DNA of 64,000 nucleotides from an uncultured Candidatus Rokubacteria bacterium (GTDB lineage Bacteria > Methylomirabilota > Methylomirabilia > Rokubacteriales > CSP1-6): contig CAVWWD010000007.1 in assembly GCA_963758635.1 (NCBI GenBank), positions 96,001 through 160,000 on the forward strand. Reading direction: 5' to 3'. Shown here in pieces: positions 44,291-54,470 of the stretch. How positions within the stretch are numbered: position 1 is the first letter of the stretch; each line of letters starts with the position of its first letter. The position numbers were made by a program, and so were the translations under genes. A model generated the notes under the pieces. The model worked only from the letters and a program-made list of their open reading frames with translations, made no database searches and had not been told where the DNA came from.

Positions 44291-45823
44291 TTAGAGTGGT
44301 CGCTGGCTTGTGGTTGGTGTGGGAGAATCCGATAAATCTGTCGACGCCCCGTAGGTGGAAGCCGGAGCCTCTTCAGACGAGCGGATTGTCAAGCTCCGCA
44401 GAATGTCCAAGTACAACGATTTCTGGGCCATCACGAACAGGAGCACCCACGCGTAAACGATGAGAAAAACAACGCCGCCCAGCAGAAGCCTCGTGAGGGG
44501 CGACAGTGAAGCACCTAGGAAGAATATGGTCGCGAAGGCAGCTGACGCACCCGCGAACCCCGAGAGCAGCGGCCGGCCCACCACGCTCAGCACGTCCCGG
44601 TAAGAGACCACGGTGTCACGAAACACCCACAGCAGATGCGGGATGACCCATAGGGTCATCGCTGCTGAAAAACCGAGCGCGACGCCTTCCGGTCCGTACG
44701 GCAGGCCGAGCACGCAGCCGGTCATCACCAAGGGCGCGATGACGAGCGCAAGCTTCAAGCTCCGCCCAACCATTCCCAGCGAGACCAGCAGCCAACCTGT
44801 GGGGTTGATCAGGGCGAAGGCCAAGATGGTCGGCGTCAGGAAGCGGAAGACCGGGACCGCGTCCTTCCATTTTGGTCCAAGCATCACGAAAATCAATTCT
44901 TCGGCGAAGAGAGCGCAGACGACAGCTATGGGTATCGTGACGGCGAGGATAAGCGCGTAGGCCTTGAGGAAATAACTTCTGAACCTCTTGGGGTCATCCT
45001 GGACGCGCGACAGCACCGGAAAGGTCACAGCGCCCACCGCGAGATTGAGGTTCTCGGTCGGGAGATTGATCAGTTGGTACGCCCTCCCGTAGATTCCCGT
45101 GATCTCGGCCCCCCAGAAACGCCCCAACAGGACCTTATCAAGATTGTAGGCGACGTAGACAACCAAGCTGTTCAGCGTGACGATGCCTCCAAAGCGTATC
45201 ATCGAACCCATTCCGGTGCCGCGACGGGGCCGTCCAGGAATCCAGCCGGCAAAGAGCCAGGTGAAAAGTGTGGATACGAAAGGCACGGTGACAGACCACG
45301 CAACCAGAGCCCAATATCCGTGCCCTCGCAAAGCCATGACGACACTGACCACGCTGCTTGCGAGCAAGGACAGGATCTCGATGATCGCCAGAGCGGTGAA
45401 GCGCAATCGGCGCTGGAGGAGAGCCGAATGTTGCACGCTCGCGGCGCTGAAGAGGAATCCAAGCGCCAATACGACGGTGACCATGAAGAGTCGCGGCTCG
45501 TGATAGAAGGCGACCACAAGTGGAGCAACGGCAAGGGATACGAGACCAAGCATCGCGCCCACGAACACGTTAATCCAGAAGAGCGTTGACATCTGATCGT
45601 TGCTGATGGTGGCGCGCTGGACCGAGGCGGTAGACAGACCAAACTCCCGGAAGTAACTCAGGATGCCGGTGACCGCAGTGACCATGCCCACGAGGCCGAA
45701 GTCGGTAGGCTGGAGAACACGAGCCAGAACCATAAGCGATGCGATCCGCAAGAGAAAATTAGCCGCCTGGGCGCATAGTTTTGCCAGCCCACCGCGGATC
45801 GCCCGCTCCTTCAGGTCCCTCAT
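44291..45823 (-). CDS. wzx: Wzx flippase (WzxC-like)
   Basis: LARVLQPTDFGLVGM, DKVLLGRFWG..GIYGRAY, LGPKW; many TM helices. Confidence 0.88.
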   Translation of the reverse strand: MRDLKERAIRGGLAKLCAQAANFLLRIASLMVLARVLQPTDFGLVGMVTAVTGILSYFREFGLSTASVQRATISNDQMSTLFWINVFVGAMLGLVSLAVAPLVVAFYHEPRLFMVTVVLALGFLFSAASVQHSALLQRRLRFTALAIIEILSLLASSVVSVVMALRGHGYWALVAWSVTVPFVSTLFTWLFAGWIPGRPRRGTGMGSMIRFGGIVTLNSLVVYVAYNLDKVLLGRFWGAEITGIYGRAYQLINLPTENLNLAVGAVTFPVLSRVQDDPKRFRSYFLKAYALILAVTIPIAVVCALFAEELIFVMLGPKWKDAVPVFRFLTPTILAFALINPTGWLLVSLGMVGRSLKLALVIAPLVMTGCVLGLPYGPEGVALGFSAAMTLWVIPHLLWVFRDTVVSYRDVLSVVGRPLLSGFAGASAAFATIFFLGASLSPLTRLLLGGVVFLIVYAWVLLFVMAQKSLYLDILRSLTIRSSEEAPASTYGASTDLSDSPTPTTSQRPL

Positions 45824-45959
45824 CGCCTTTTCACCTGCTCACCCGAGCAGTGCTCTGACGTAGCCTGCCATTCTTTGAACCCCACCCTCGCAGGGAGCCG
45901 GTTCCACAGCGCACGTCATCGGTGTTTGCGTGCGGCGAGGGGGCCGACCCGATTGAGCG

Positions 45960-46330
45960 GCAGACTATGCCGGCATGGCCCTCGGCCGTGCGCAGGCGGC
46001 CGCGCCGATAGCCGTTGCGGTAGCCGTCGCCCGGCGCGGCCCCGGTCACGTAGTACTCCCAGCCCACGGCCTCACCTCGGCTTCCAGCCCTTCCTCCACG
46101 ATCTTGCGAGACCGCCAGCTTGAGCTGTGCAGCCGCGGGCGTCGCCGTCTCCCACGCCCGGGGTCAGCAGCTCATCGAGCTTCTGGCTCGTCCGCTCCGA
46201 TGCCGGGATTCTCGTGGGCACGCCGATGCCTCCTCTTGCCGTCGGCACCAACCGGCGACCTTGGGTTTCGCGACACCAGCAAGAGTGCATCCCCGTCTCG
46301 CTTCCCGCAACTATAGGATTTCACCCAACA
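45960..46330 (-). mobile_element. IS256-family transposase N-terminal remnant
   Basis: IVEEGLEAEV..GWEYY..GYRNGYRRGRLRTAEG across broken frames. Confidence 0.6.
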
Positions 46331-46422
46331 GCACCAGCGGATTAGAGCGATAATCTTTGGATCCGGTCGGAAGTGTGCTCGGGTCAACCGTTGTGTGAGT
46401 CAACCGTGGGGGAGGGAGCACC

Positions 46423-47071
46423 GTGGGACGGCGCCTACGTCATTTGATAACTGACCCGGCAGAGCAACGGTCCATCGGGACTACCCTGCGAAGGAAACGG
46501 TGGGAAGTGCTTCGCCGGCGCTTCCCCGATTTCGCGAAGATGCGTTGTGCTTGACCTCGGTGGCACGGTCGTGCACTGGGAGACCAGTCCAATCTGTCCC
46601 CGATCAGTGGTCGTGGTCAACCTGCTTCCCGAGTCAAGTGATATCGACTCGATCACGGCCGTGCAGGGCGACGCCTGTGACCCGCCCACCGTGGTGCGGG
46701 ACGCAGAGTTCGATCTGGTCTATTCCAATTCCCTGATCGAGCATGTGGGCGGCTACGCCCGCTGCCGTGACTTCGCGGCCGTGGTCCACGCCATGGCGTC
46801 ACACCACTGGGTGCAGACCCCGTATCGCTACTTCCCGATCGAACCGCACCGGCTCTTTCCAGGCCTGCAGTTCCTGCCGCAGCGCGCCCGCGCGTGGGCA
46901 ATCCGGCACTGGCCGCTGTCGCCTGCGTCGCCCAATCCGGAACAGGCTCTTCGGGATGTCCTCGAGGTCGAGCTGCTGTCGAAGACGGAAATGAAGTACT
47001 ATTTTCCTCGCTCCGAACTCCTTGAGGAACGAGTGCTGGGGTTGACGAAGTCGCTTATCGCGGTCGTCTGA
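46423..47071 (+). CDS. Class I SAM-dependent methyltransferase (frameshift near 46545)
   Basis: VLDLGG, GDAC, FDLVYSNSLIEHVG, VQTPYRYFPIEPH; GTG 46423 after GGAGGGAG. Confidence 0.78.
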
Positions 47072-47209
47072 CGGAAGCGAAAGAGCGTCGGTCAACAGAA
47101 GGCCCGGACGCTGTGTACCAAGTCAACTTCTTCGAACCAAGACCATGAGCGAGATGACTGACGCTGCAGTCAGAGACTCGGTCCTGCCATCTTATGTGAC
47201 CAAGGGCCG

Positions 47210-47330
47210 GCGACACCTACACCGGGCTCGAAGAGGCGCGCCCGCACATCAACACTTTCATCGACCAGATCTACAATAGGCAACGCGTTCACTCGGCGCT
47301 GGCTATCTGTCGCCGCGTGAGTTCGCGGTC
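47210..47330 (+). mobile_element. IS3-family integrase C-terminal remnant
   Basis: EEARPHINTFIDQIYNRQRVHSAL-YLSPREF. Confidence 0.6.
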
Positions 47331-47472
47331 TCGCGGTCAACTGCCGTGATCGGCGCCGCTCATGGCCGCGGTTGCCGGCGTCGAGGATCACTCGTTTCTC
47401 TGGGCCATGTGAGGGGTAGGATTTCGTTGGACACCTCACTGGAGGGCATGATGGGCCTCCAAGGAGGGAGCC

Positions 47473-47850
47473 ATGAGCAAACGCAAGAAGGCGAGGCAGG
47501 TCCTGGCCGGGGCGGCGGCGGCCGCGGGCGCTGACAACGGACGGGAGCCGGGGCGCTTTTCGGCGCGGCGGAAGACGGAGACGATCCTGCGCCTGCTGCG
47601 GGGCGAGGCGCTCGACGGCGTGGCGCGCGAGCTCGGGGTGACGGCGGCGACGCTGGCGCAGTGGCGGGAGCAGTTCCTGGCGGGGGGGCAGAGCGCGCTG
47701 AAGAGCCGGCCGGCCGACGAGCGGGATGACGAGATCCAGCGGCTGCGGGCCAAGGTCGGCGAGATCACGATGAACAACGAGCTGCTCCTGGATCGGTGCC
47801 ATCGGCTGGAGGGCGGCCTCCCTTTGGCGTGGCGGAGGCGGAGCGAATGA
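47473..47850 (+). CDS. IS3-family OrfA (HTH transposase subunit)
   Basis: RFSARRK..LLRGE..VARELGVTAATLAQWR..KVGEITMNNELL. Confidence 0.85.
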   Translation: MSKRKKARQVLAGAAAAAGADNGREPGRFSARRKTETILRLLRGEALDGVARELGVTAATLAQWREQFLAGGQSALKSRPADERDDEIQRLRAKVGEITMNNELLLDRCHRLEGGLPLAWRRRSE

Positions 47851-48734
47851 GCCAGACCCGCTCCCCCTCCACGCAGCAGGTCTACGGTCTGGCGCGGGTG
47901 TGCCGGGTGTGGGAGGTGGCGCGCTCGACGGTGTACGCCACGAAGGGCCGGGCGGCGGGGCCGGCGACGGCCCCGGGGCGGCGCGGCCCGAAGCCGCGGT
48001 GGAGCGACGAGACGTTGCTGAGCGAGATCCGGGCCGTGCTGGCGGCCGCGGTGTTTCTGGGGGAGGGGCATCGCAAGGTCTGGGCGCGGCTGCGGTGGCA
48101 GGGGGTGCGGACGTCGAAGGCCCGGGTGCTGCGGCTGATGCGGGAGGCGCACCTGCTGGCGCCCACGCGTGTGGGCCACGCCCACGGGCCGAAGGCGCAC
48201 GACGGGACGATCACCACGGAGCAGCCGGATCAGATGTGGGGGATGGATGCGACGAGTTGTCTGACCCGCGAGGGGACGGCCACAGTCTTCGTGGTGGTGG
48301 ATCACTGCGCGGCCGAGTGCATCGGGCTGCACGCGGCCAAGCCGGGGACCCGGTTCGAGGCGGTGGAGCCGCTGCGGCAGGGGATCCACGCCCTGTTCGG
48401 CGGCTACGAGGCCGGCATCGCGGGCGGGCTGCAGGCGCGGCACGATCACGGCAGCGAGTACATGAGCGACTACTTCCAAGATGAGCTGAAGTTCCTGGGC
48501 ATCGTGTCCAGCCCGGCGTTCGTGCGCGAGCCGGAAGGCAACGGCGTGGCGGAGCGGTTCATCCGCACGCTCAAGGAGCAGCTGCTCTGGGTCCGGAGCT
48601 TCGACACCGTGGAGGAGTTGCGCCACGCGCTCCTCGAGTTCAAGGCGCGGTACAACCGCGCGTGGCTCTGCGAACGCCACGGGCATCAGACGCCGGCGCA
48701 GGTGCGCGCCCAGCTCCTGCCGAGGGCCGCGTGA
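47847..48734 (+). CDS. IS3-family OrfB DDE transposase
   Basis: WGMDAT, RHDHGSEY, GNGVAERFIRTLKE. Confidence 0.88.
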   Translation: MSQTRSPSTQQVYGLARVCRVWEVARSTVYATKGRAAGPATAPGRRGPKPRWSDETLLSEIRAVLAAAVFLGEGHRKVWARLRWQGVRTSKARVLRLMREAHLLAPTRVGHAHGPKAHDGTITTEQPDQMWGMDATSCLTREGTATVFVVVDHCAAECIGLHAAKPGTRFEAVEPLRQGIHALFGGYEAGIAGGLQARHDHGSEYMSDYFQDELKFLGIVSSPAFVREPEGNGVAERFIRTLKEQLLWVRSFDTVEELRHALLEFKARYNRAWLCERHGHQTPAQVRAQLLPRAA

Positions 48735-48878
48735 GGCTGCGGGGGCCCGCCCGACCGGAACGCGAGGGCCGTAGAGGCGCTACAAGGGGCCTTGGAGAGG
48801 AGGGCCGCTATCTCGGTATCCCCCCCACGGCGCCCGATCGAGTCAGTTACCACCACTCCACTCACAGAAGGGAACAAA

Positions 48879-50183
48879 ATGGGGAATCTACGATGGCTGG
48901 TCGTGGCGGCGGCACTCGCCCAAGCGGGTGCTCCACAGGTCGCACTCGCTCAAGCGGGCGCCCCAGCGGCGCCGACGAATCTCCGGATTGTCACCAGCGC
49001 GCCGCCGCCTGGAGTGACGTACCGCGCGCCGGATGGCGGGACGGATTACTTCGCGCGGTTCAGCGGCGGCACCATCCCGTCGTCGCCATCGTTCTTTCCG
49101 CTCGCCGTCTGGTTCGAGAGCGTCATCAGTCAGTCCGACATAGATTTGGACAAGGGGGCGGGCCTCAATACCTACGTGGTGCTGACCGTCAACTCGGATG
49201 CGGCGCTCGTGGCCTCGAACGGCATGTATTTTTTTGCGCATCAGGGGGCGTGGAAGGCGAAATTGCCGTTTGCGCGCGCGGGGTGGGAGTTGGACGACGA
49301 AGTGGACATGATTTACGGCGCGCCGAGTGGATTCACGCACCTGAGCACGATTCTGTCGTCGCTCCCTGCCGACAACAAACCGCGCTATGCCAACTATGGG
49401 AAGGGCGTCATGGCCTGGCTGGATGATGTCGACGCCACGCAGTTTGTCAACGCCTACACGCATGTCACCTCGGCCGACTTTTACTTTTGGACGGACCTCA
49501 ATATCTGTGAGGAGCAAGAAGGGGGATGGTTCTATAAACACTTGGGCATCCCCGGCTTCAGCCCCCCGCGCGCCCTCACCACGGCAGAGTGTCGCGCGGC
49601 CTGGAACTATGGATATGTGATCGACCGCCTGCGCCAACTGGATGGCATGGCCGGGGGTACGGGTCCGACCCAACGCCGGCCGATGTGGGGGTTTGTCGAG
49701 CTTGGGAACCCCTGGAGCCAAAATGTGCCGAAGATTACCCCCGCACAGGTGCGAGCAGCCGTGTGGCACATGCTGATCGCGGAAGCGCGCGGCATCATCT
49801 ACTTCAACCATACCTTCGGGGGAGCCTGCATTTCGCAGCATATCTTGCGCGATCCGTGTTATGCGACGATCCGGGCCGAGGTGACCACGATCAATCAGCG
49901 GATCGTGGCGTTGGCCCCCGTGCTTAATGCGGCCTTTGCTGATGGCTATGTCACGACCTCCAGCGGGGTCCGGGTGATGACCAAGTACGGGCCGGATGGC
50001 GCCTTCTATGTCTTCGCCGGATCCAAGCAGCATGCGTCACAGACCGTCACGTTTACGGTGGCGGCGGGCGCGACCGTGGAGGTGCTCTTTGAGAATCGAA
50101 CGCTCACGATTACCGGTGGGAAGTTCAGTGACACGTTTGCTGACGGAAACGCCATACACATCTACCGGATCACCGGCGGGTGA
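48879..50183 (+). CDS. Secreted putative glycoside hydrolase-like protein (paralog of 42538-43890)
   Basis: Signal peptide; FFPLAVWFES, DDEVDM, NYGKG, WGFVE, EARGIIYFNH. Confidence 0.7.
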   Translation: MGNLRWLVVAAALAQAGAPQVALAQAGAPAAPTNLRIVTSAPPPGVTYRAPDGGTDYFARFSGGTIPSSPSFFPLAVWFESVISQSDIDLDKGAGLNTYVVLTVNSDAALVASNGMYFFAHQGAWKAKLPFARAGWELDDEVDMIYGAPSGFTHLSTILSSLPADNKPRYANYGKGVMAWLDDVDATQFVNAYTHVTSADFYFWTDLNICEEQEGGWFYKHLGIPGFSPPRALTTAECRAAWNYGYVIDRLRQLDGMAGGTGPTQRRPMWGFVELGNPWSQNVPKITPAQVRAAVWHMLIAEARGIIYFNHTFGGACISQHILRDPCYATIRAEVTTINQRIVALAPVLNAAFADGYVTTSSGVRVMTKYGPDGAFYVFAGSKQHASQTVTFTVAAGATVEVLFENRTLTITGGKFSDTFADGNAIHIYRITGG

Positions 50184-50353
50184 TGCAATCACGCTACGAA
50201 CGCCGGGCAGCCTTCAGCTCGGTTGCCATCGAAGCCACGTCGCAGATGTCGTCCCCGATCCCCGCAGCGTTTGAGTTCTTGTAAGCATGTCGACGGGAAC
50301 GCCGGTTCACCTTTACTCCGTGGATAAAGAGTCCAGCTGTGGCGCCTACTGAG

Positions 50354-51304
50354 ATGACAACGACCTGCGTCTCCAGCGGCCGTGTCTTCACCGACGACCA
50401 TGAGGTCGTCGACTGCGCCGCTATCATCGTGACCTACAACAGCGCGGCAGACATCGGCGGCCTGCTGGACTCACTCCCTGCTGCCGCGGCGGGCCTGCGG
50501 ATTCGGGCCGTGGTGGTCGACAACGACTCTTCTGACGACATCGCGTCCATAGTCGCGCGTTTCCCCGGCGTGCTCTTCGTGCCCGCGGGCGGAAACCTGG
50601 GCTACGCTGGCGGGCTCAACCTCGGCCGCCGATACTGCCGGCAGAGCCGCTCCGTCCTCGTGCTCAATCCCGATCTGGTGCTCGCACCCGGCAGCATCCG
50701 AGCGCTCCTTGCCGCACTGGCGCGACACGGCACCGGCGCCGCAGTGCCACGCATGCTCAACGAGGACGGCCATCTCTTCCCCTCTCTTCGCCGGGAGCCA
50801 TCCCTTACCCGCGCACTTGGCGATGGGCTGTTCGGCAAGGCGTGGCCGAACCGGCCGGCGTGGCTATCCGAGATGGTCTGGACGCGTGAAGCCTACGAGT
50901 CCGAAGGCCCGGTCCAGTGGGCGACTGGCGCCGCGCTGCTCGTGTCGGCCGCGGCCGACGCCGCCGTCGGGGCCTGGGACGATGCGCGGTTCTTCCTCTA
51001 CTCGGAGGAGACCGACTACTGCCGACGACTGCGAGAGGGCGGGCACAGTATCCACTACGTGCCGGAGGCGACCGTTGTGCACCGCGGCGGTGGCTCCGGC
51101 ATCAGCGTCGATCTAGCGGCGTTGAGTGCGGTCAACCGGATCCGCTACTTCCGCAAGTACCACGGTCGGCTGGCCAGTGCGGTGTTTCGTGCCGCGGTGA
51201 TCCTAACCGAGCTCCTGCGGGTGCACCGTCCCGGCAATCGCCGGGCCCTGTGGGTGCTGCTGTCGGCGCATCGTTGGTCACGACTGCCGGGGCAGCGTGT
51301 GTAG
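50354..51304 (+). CDS. GT2 glycosyltransferase (WbbL-like)
   Basis: IIVTYNS, VVDNDSSD, NLGYAGG, LNPD, FFLYSEETD. Confidence 0.88.
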   Translation: MTTTCVSSGRVFTDDHEVVDCAAIIVTYNSAADIGGLLDSLPAAAAGLRIRAVVVDNDSSDDIASIVARFPGVLFVPAGGNLGYAGGLNLGRRYCRQSRSVLVLNPDLVLAPGSIRALLAALARHGTGAAVPRMLNEDGHLFPSLRREPSLTRALGDGLFGKAWPNRPAWLSEMVWTREAYESEGPVQWATGAALLVSAAADAAVGAWDDARFFLYSEETDYCRRLREGGHSIHYVPEATVVHRGGGSGISVDLAALSAVNRIRYFRKYHGRLASAVFRAAVILTELLRVHRPGNRRALWVLLSAHRWSRLPGQRV

Positions 51305-51739
51305 TCCCGGAAATTGTCCGCCAAGCCTATGGTTTATGGCCACTTCACGGTGGTAGTGTCATCGTGCTGTCCGGCTTTTCGCTCGCTCTCTCAAACTGGC
51401 GCTGGCGGTGCCGGCGACGCTGGTGGTCGGGCGGCTATTCGCGGCCGTATTCGAGCTGCGGTTCACAAGGCACAGAACGCGGGCAGCTCTTCGGGCGGCG
51501 GCTCGTGTCTGACTCGCCGGACGGCGAGATTGCGACCATGAGTTGCGGAACGGAGCTCCTTACTCGGAACCGCGTTGACCCAGGACCGGCCGAGGGTGGC
51601 ACGGGCCGCCGCGACTTCCCGGCTTGGCAGGTTGAGGTAGCAGCGGGCGTCTGCAGTGCCGACTCTACGGAGCGTGCCGGCAACCTCCACAACTTGTAGC
51701 GGCCCGAACGTCGCGCCCGTCAGACTCGTCGCCCGCGCG

Positions 51740-52030
51740 TCACCCGGTGATTCCTGTTAGATGTTCGCGTTCGCGTCGACGAACGAATCCGTGAACTGAC
51801 GGTTTGTGAGGGTTCGAGTCCGGCCCTCGTACAACACCTCCACGCTCGATCCCGCCGCGACGGTGAAGGTCGCCGTGGTGGCGCCTCCCGTCCATCCAGC
51901 GAACACGTAACAGGCTCCGTCGGGACCGCGCTTGGCGATCGCCCGCCCGCCGCGCGAGACCGTCCATACCCGTCGGCGAACGGCGAATTGAGCACCGTCG
52001 CGAGCTGGGTGATCTGCGGGTTGAACCCGC
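51740..52030 (-). pseudogene. C-terminal remnant of a third copy of the secreted glycosidase-like family
   Basis: QITQLATVLNSPFADGY..AKRGPDGACYVFAG..FTVAAGSSVEVLYE..QFTDSF matches the C-terminus of 42538-43890; frameshift and stop. Confidence 0.72.
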
Positions 52031-52038
52031 CCAGACGG

Positions 52039-53046
52039 TCACCGCTGCTGGAAGATGCGTATGTAGTCGACCTCCAGCTGATGGACCAGGGTCTGACTCG
52101 ACAAGACCGACCCCCAATCGCGTTCCCATTGGTTGTCGATCATCATGTGCAAGATGAGCTGCATGGGACCGCTCTCGATGGTGCTGGAATTGCCATTGAA
52201 CTGCCCGCACTTGACTCCGTCGATGTACCAGGCGATGTGCGTGGGCTGCCAGTCCAGGCCGAATCTGACGAAATCCGTTGAGTAATTTCGTACCGGGCAC
52301 GCTCCGTTGTTGTGCAAGCCATTGTTGGGAGTGTAGGAGCTAGCGCGACCGTTGTAGTGATAGTGCATGAAGATCGTGTCAGGAAAGCCGCCGAGTATCT
52401 CGACGATATCGATTTCCGTAGCGTAGTTGAAGCTCGGATTGGTCGGGAGCATCCAGAAGGCCGTGAAGAATCCCGGCGTCCCCGGGAACTTCATCCGCGC
52501 TTCGATGTAGCCGTACGTGAACGGAAACAGGTAAGGGGAGCCGTTGTCGGCTCGGGGCCGGGCCGTCGATACCAGCCCTGCCTTGTAGGTGCACACGCCT
52601 TGGTAGCACGCATTGTTGGGATAAGGCGGCGAGAGAGGCTCAGCCACGAGCTTGGCCGTGCCGTTGCTTATGCGCACCTGCGATGGCAGATAGCGTTCTT
52701 TGCCCGAGTTGAATGATGCCGTGCAGTCGCCGAAGTTCCAGTCGAAGCACGGTGTGAGCTTCGTGGTGTCGAGCGTGGTGCCATTGAATTCTTCGAAGTA
52801 TGTGACGGCCCATTGCTTGCCACTGGCGACCGGTGCTGGGGGCAACGGGAAGCAGTTCGGAGGAGCGCCGATCTGGCCCGTGGGACAGGCGCCGCCGCTG
52901 ACTGTGAGGTTCGTCGGGGCGTTCGGCACGGTCAACTGCGCGAGCGCGGTGCCGCCGCCGACGCACAGAACTGTGAACAGCCCGATCAACAGATGGGAGA
53001 GACGCCAGCGGGGAAACAGTTGGTGGCGGCGAATTCGTAAAAGCAT
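52039..53046 (-). CDS. Secreted GH16 glycoside hydrolase
   Basis: FEEFNG, YGYIEARMK, AFWML, EIDIVE catalytic motif, WYIDG, VDYIRIF; GGAGG RBS. Confidence 0.9.
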   Translation of the reverse strand: MLLRIRRHQLFPRWRLSHLLIGLFTVLCVGGGTALAQLTVPNAPTNLTVSGGACPTGQIGAPPNCFPLPPAPVASGKQWAVTYFEEFNGTTLDTTKLTPCFDWNFGDCTASFNSGKERYLPSQVRISNGTAKLVAEPLSPPYPNNACYQGVCTYKAGLVSTARPRADNGSPYLFPFTYGYIEARMKFPGTPGFFTAFWMLPTNPSFNYATEIDIVEILGGFPDTIFMHYHYNGRASSYTPNNGLHNNGACPVRNYSTDFVRFGLDWQPTHIAWYIDGVKCGQFNGNSSTIESGPMQLILHMMIDNQWERDWGSVLSSQTLVHQLEVDYIRIFQQR

Positions 53047-53247
53047 TGAACCTCCGCAGTCACGTGTTGGCGATGTGCAACCCGGTCGGCTGCGCAACGT
53101 GGCGCACGACCCCGGGCAAGCTGGACTGGCTGCGTGCGCTTACCCTCGCTTCCCACCTCTTTTCCTGACTTCTCGTCGATCGATCGGGCGGGCTGGGCGG
53201 TCCAGCCGTTGGCCCGCGCGCGTGGCCTCTGGACACCGACGAGACAC

Positions 53248-54393
53248 CTACCTCTGTGTGGTCGCGGCGACGATCCGAGAATAGCTGCCGAGGTTTCCGG
53301 CAGCGTCGGTCGCCCGGACGCGGTAGCGATAGCGGGTGTTCGGCGAGAGCCCCGTGTTGCTGTAACTCGTGCCGGACGGCGCCGCGATCTGGACGAAGTT
53401 CGAGCATTTCCGGCCCTGGCAGCGTTCCACGCGATAGGCGGTCACGCCCACGGCGTCGGTGGAGGCGGTCCAGTTCAGGTCGATCCGGCTGCTGCTCACC
53501 GCGGTGGCCACGAGCCCGCCGACCTTCGTCGGCGGTGTGGTGTCGCCGGGGCTCGTGGCCGCAAAAGCGGCCGTGACGGTCACGGGGGTATTACCCGCGA
53601 TCGTGCACGGCGCGGTGCCCGAGCAGCCGGCGGTCCAGCCGCTGAAGGTCGAGCCAACCGACGGAGTTGCCGTGAGGGTGACAATCGTACCGGCGGCGAA
53701 GCTCTCGAAGCAGTCGCTGCCGCAAGAGATTCCGGCGGGACTGCTGGTCACCGTCCCGGATCCGGTGCCCATCTTGGTCACGGTGACAACAGGGCCAGTG
53801 GGAGGGGGAGCCGCAAAAGCGGCCGTGACGGTCACGGGGGTATTACCCGCGATCGTGCACGGCGCGGTGCCCGAGCAGCCGGCGGTCCAGCCGCTGAAGG
53901 TCGAGCCAGCCGACGGAGTTGCCGTGAGGGTGACAGTCGTACCGGCGGCGAAGCTCTCGAAGCAGTCGCTGCCGCAAGAGATTCCGGCGGGACTGCTGGT
54001 CACCGTCCCGGATCCGGTGCCCATCCTGGTCACAGTGACAAGAGGGCCAGTGGGGCCGGCCGAGGAGCCACAGGCTTCGTTCGAGTAAGCCGAATCGCCC
54101 GCGGAGTTGAAAGCCCGGACCCGGTAGCAATACGTCGTGCCCGCGTCCACCGTGTCCTGATGCGTCGTGACCCCGGCACCGGTCGTCCCGATCTGCGAGT
54201 AGGCTCCGGCGCTCACCAGCCTGCGCTCTATCTTGAAGCCGGCGGTGCCAGCGGAGTTGTCATCCCAGGTCAGCGTGAGCTGATCTGCACTGGCCGTGGC
54301 GACGACGAGGACGGTGACGGCGAAAAGCACCGCCACTCCGAGAAGCTTCCGGGCAGCCGGCTTCGGGGCGCACGCAAACACATACGATGGCAC
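53248..54393 (-). CDS. Secreted FN3 + 2 InlB-B/Flg_new-like repeats + FN3 protein
   Basis: Signal peptide; LTWDDNS..YCYRVRAFN; two GSGTVTSSPAGISCGSDC..FSGW units; complete C-terminal FN3. Confidence 0.85.
   Translation of the reverse strand: MPSYVFACAPKPAARKLLGVAVLFAVTVLVVATASADQLTLTWDDNSAGTAGFKIERRLVSAGAYSQIGTTGAGVTTHQDTVDAGTTYCYRVRAFNSAGDSAYSNEACGSSAGPTGPLVTVTRMGTGSGTVTSSPAGISCGSDCFESFAAGTTVTLTATPSAGSTFSGWTAGCSGTAPCTIAGNTPVTVTAAFAAPPPTGPVVTVTKMGTGSGTVTSSPAGISCGSDCFESFAAGTIVTLTATPSVGSTFSGWTAGCSGTAPCTIAGNTPVTVTAAFAATSPGDTTPPTKVGGLVATAVSSSRIDLNWTASTDAVGVTAYRVERCQGRKCSNFVQIAAPSGTSYSNTGLSPNTRYRYRVRATDAAGNLGSYSRIVAATTQR
53558..54052 (-). repeat. Two near-identical tandem coding repeats, 252-nt period
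   Basis: gccgcaaaagcggccgtgacggtcacgggggtattacccgcg at 53558 and 53810. Confidence 0.9.
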
Positions 54394-54454
54394 AGTCGCC
54401 TCCCTGAGTCATTGGGGAACAACTTACCGCCCGCGGCCGCGGGCCACTCGAGGA

Positions 54455-54470
54455 GGCAACGAACGTGCCA
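54455..54470 (-). promoter_or_regulatory. sigma54 -24/-12 promoter of FN3 gene
   Basis: TGGCACGTTCGTTGCC on minus strand; 14-nt core identical to the 7769 site. Confidence 0.8.

Larger units (their letters stand above)
47408..48866 (+). mobile_element. IS3-family insertion sequence (ends approximate)
   Basis: orfA/orfB pair; TGTGAG at 47408 and CTCACA ending 48866; inverted repeat weak, no clear TSD. Confidence 0.7.
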
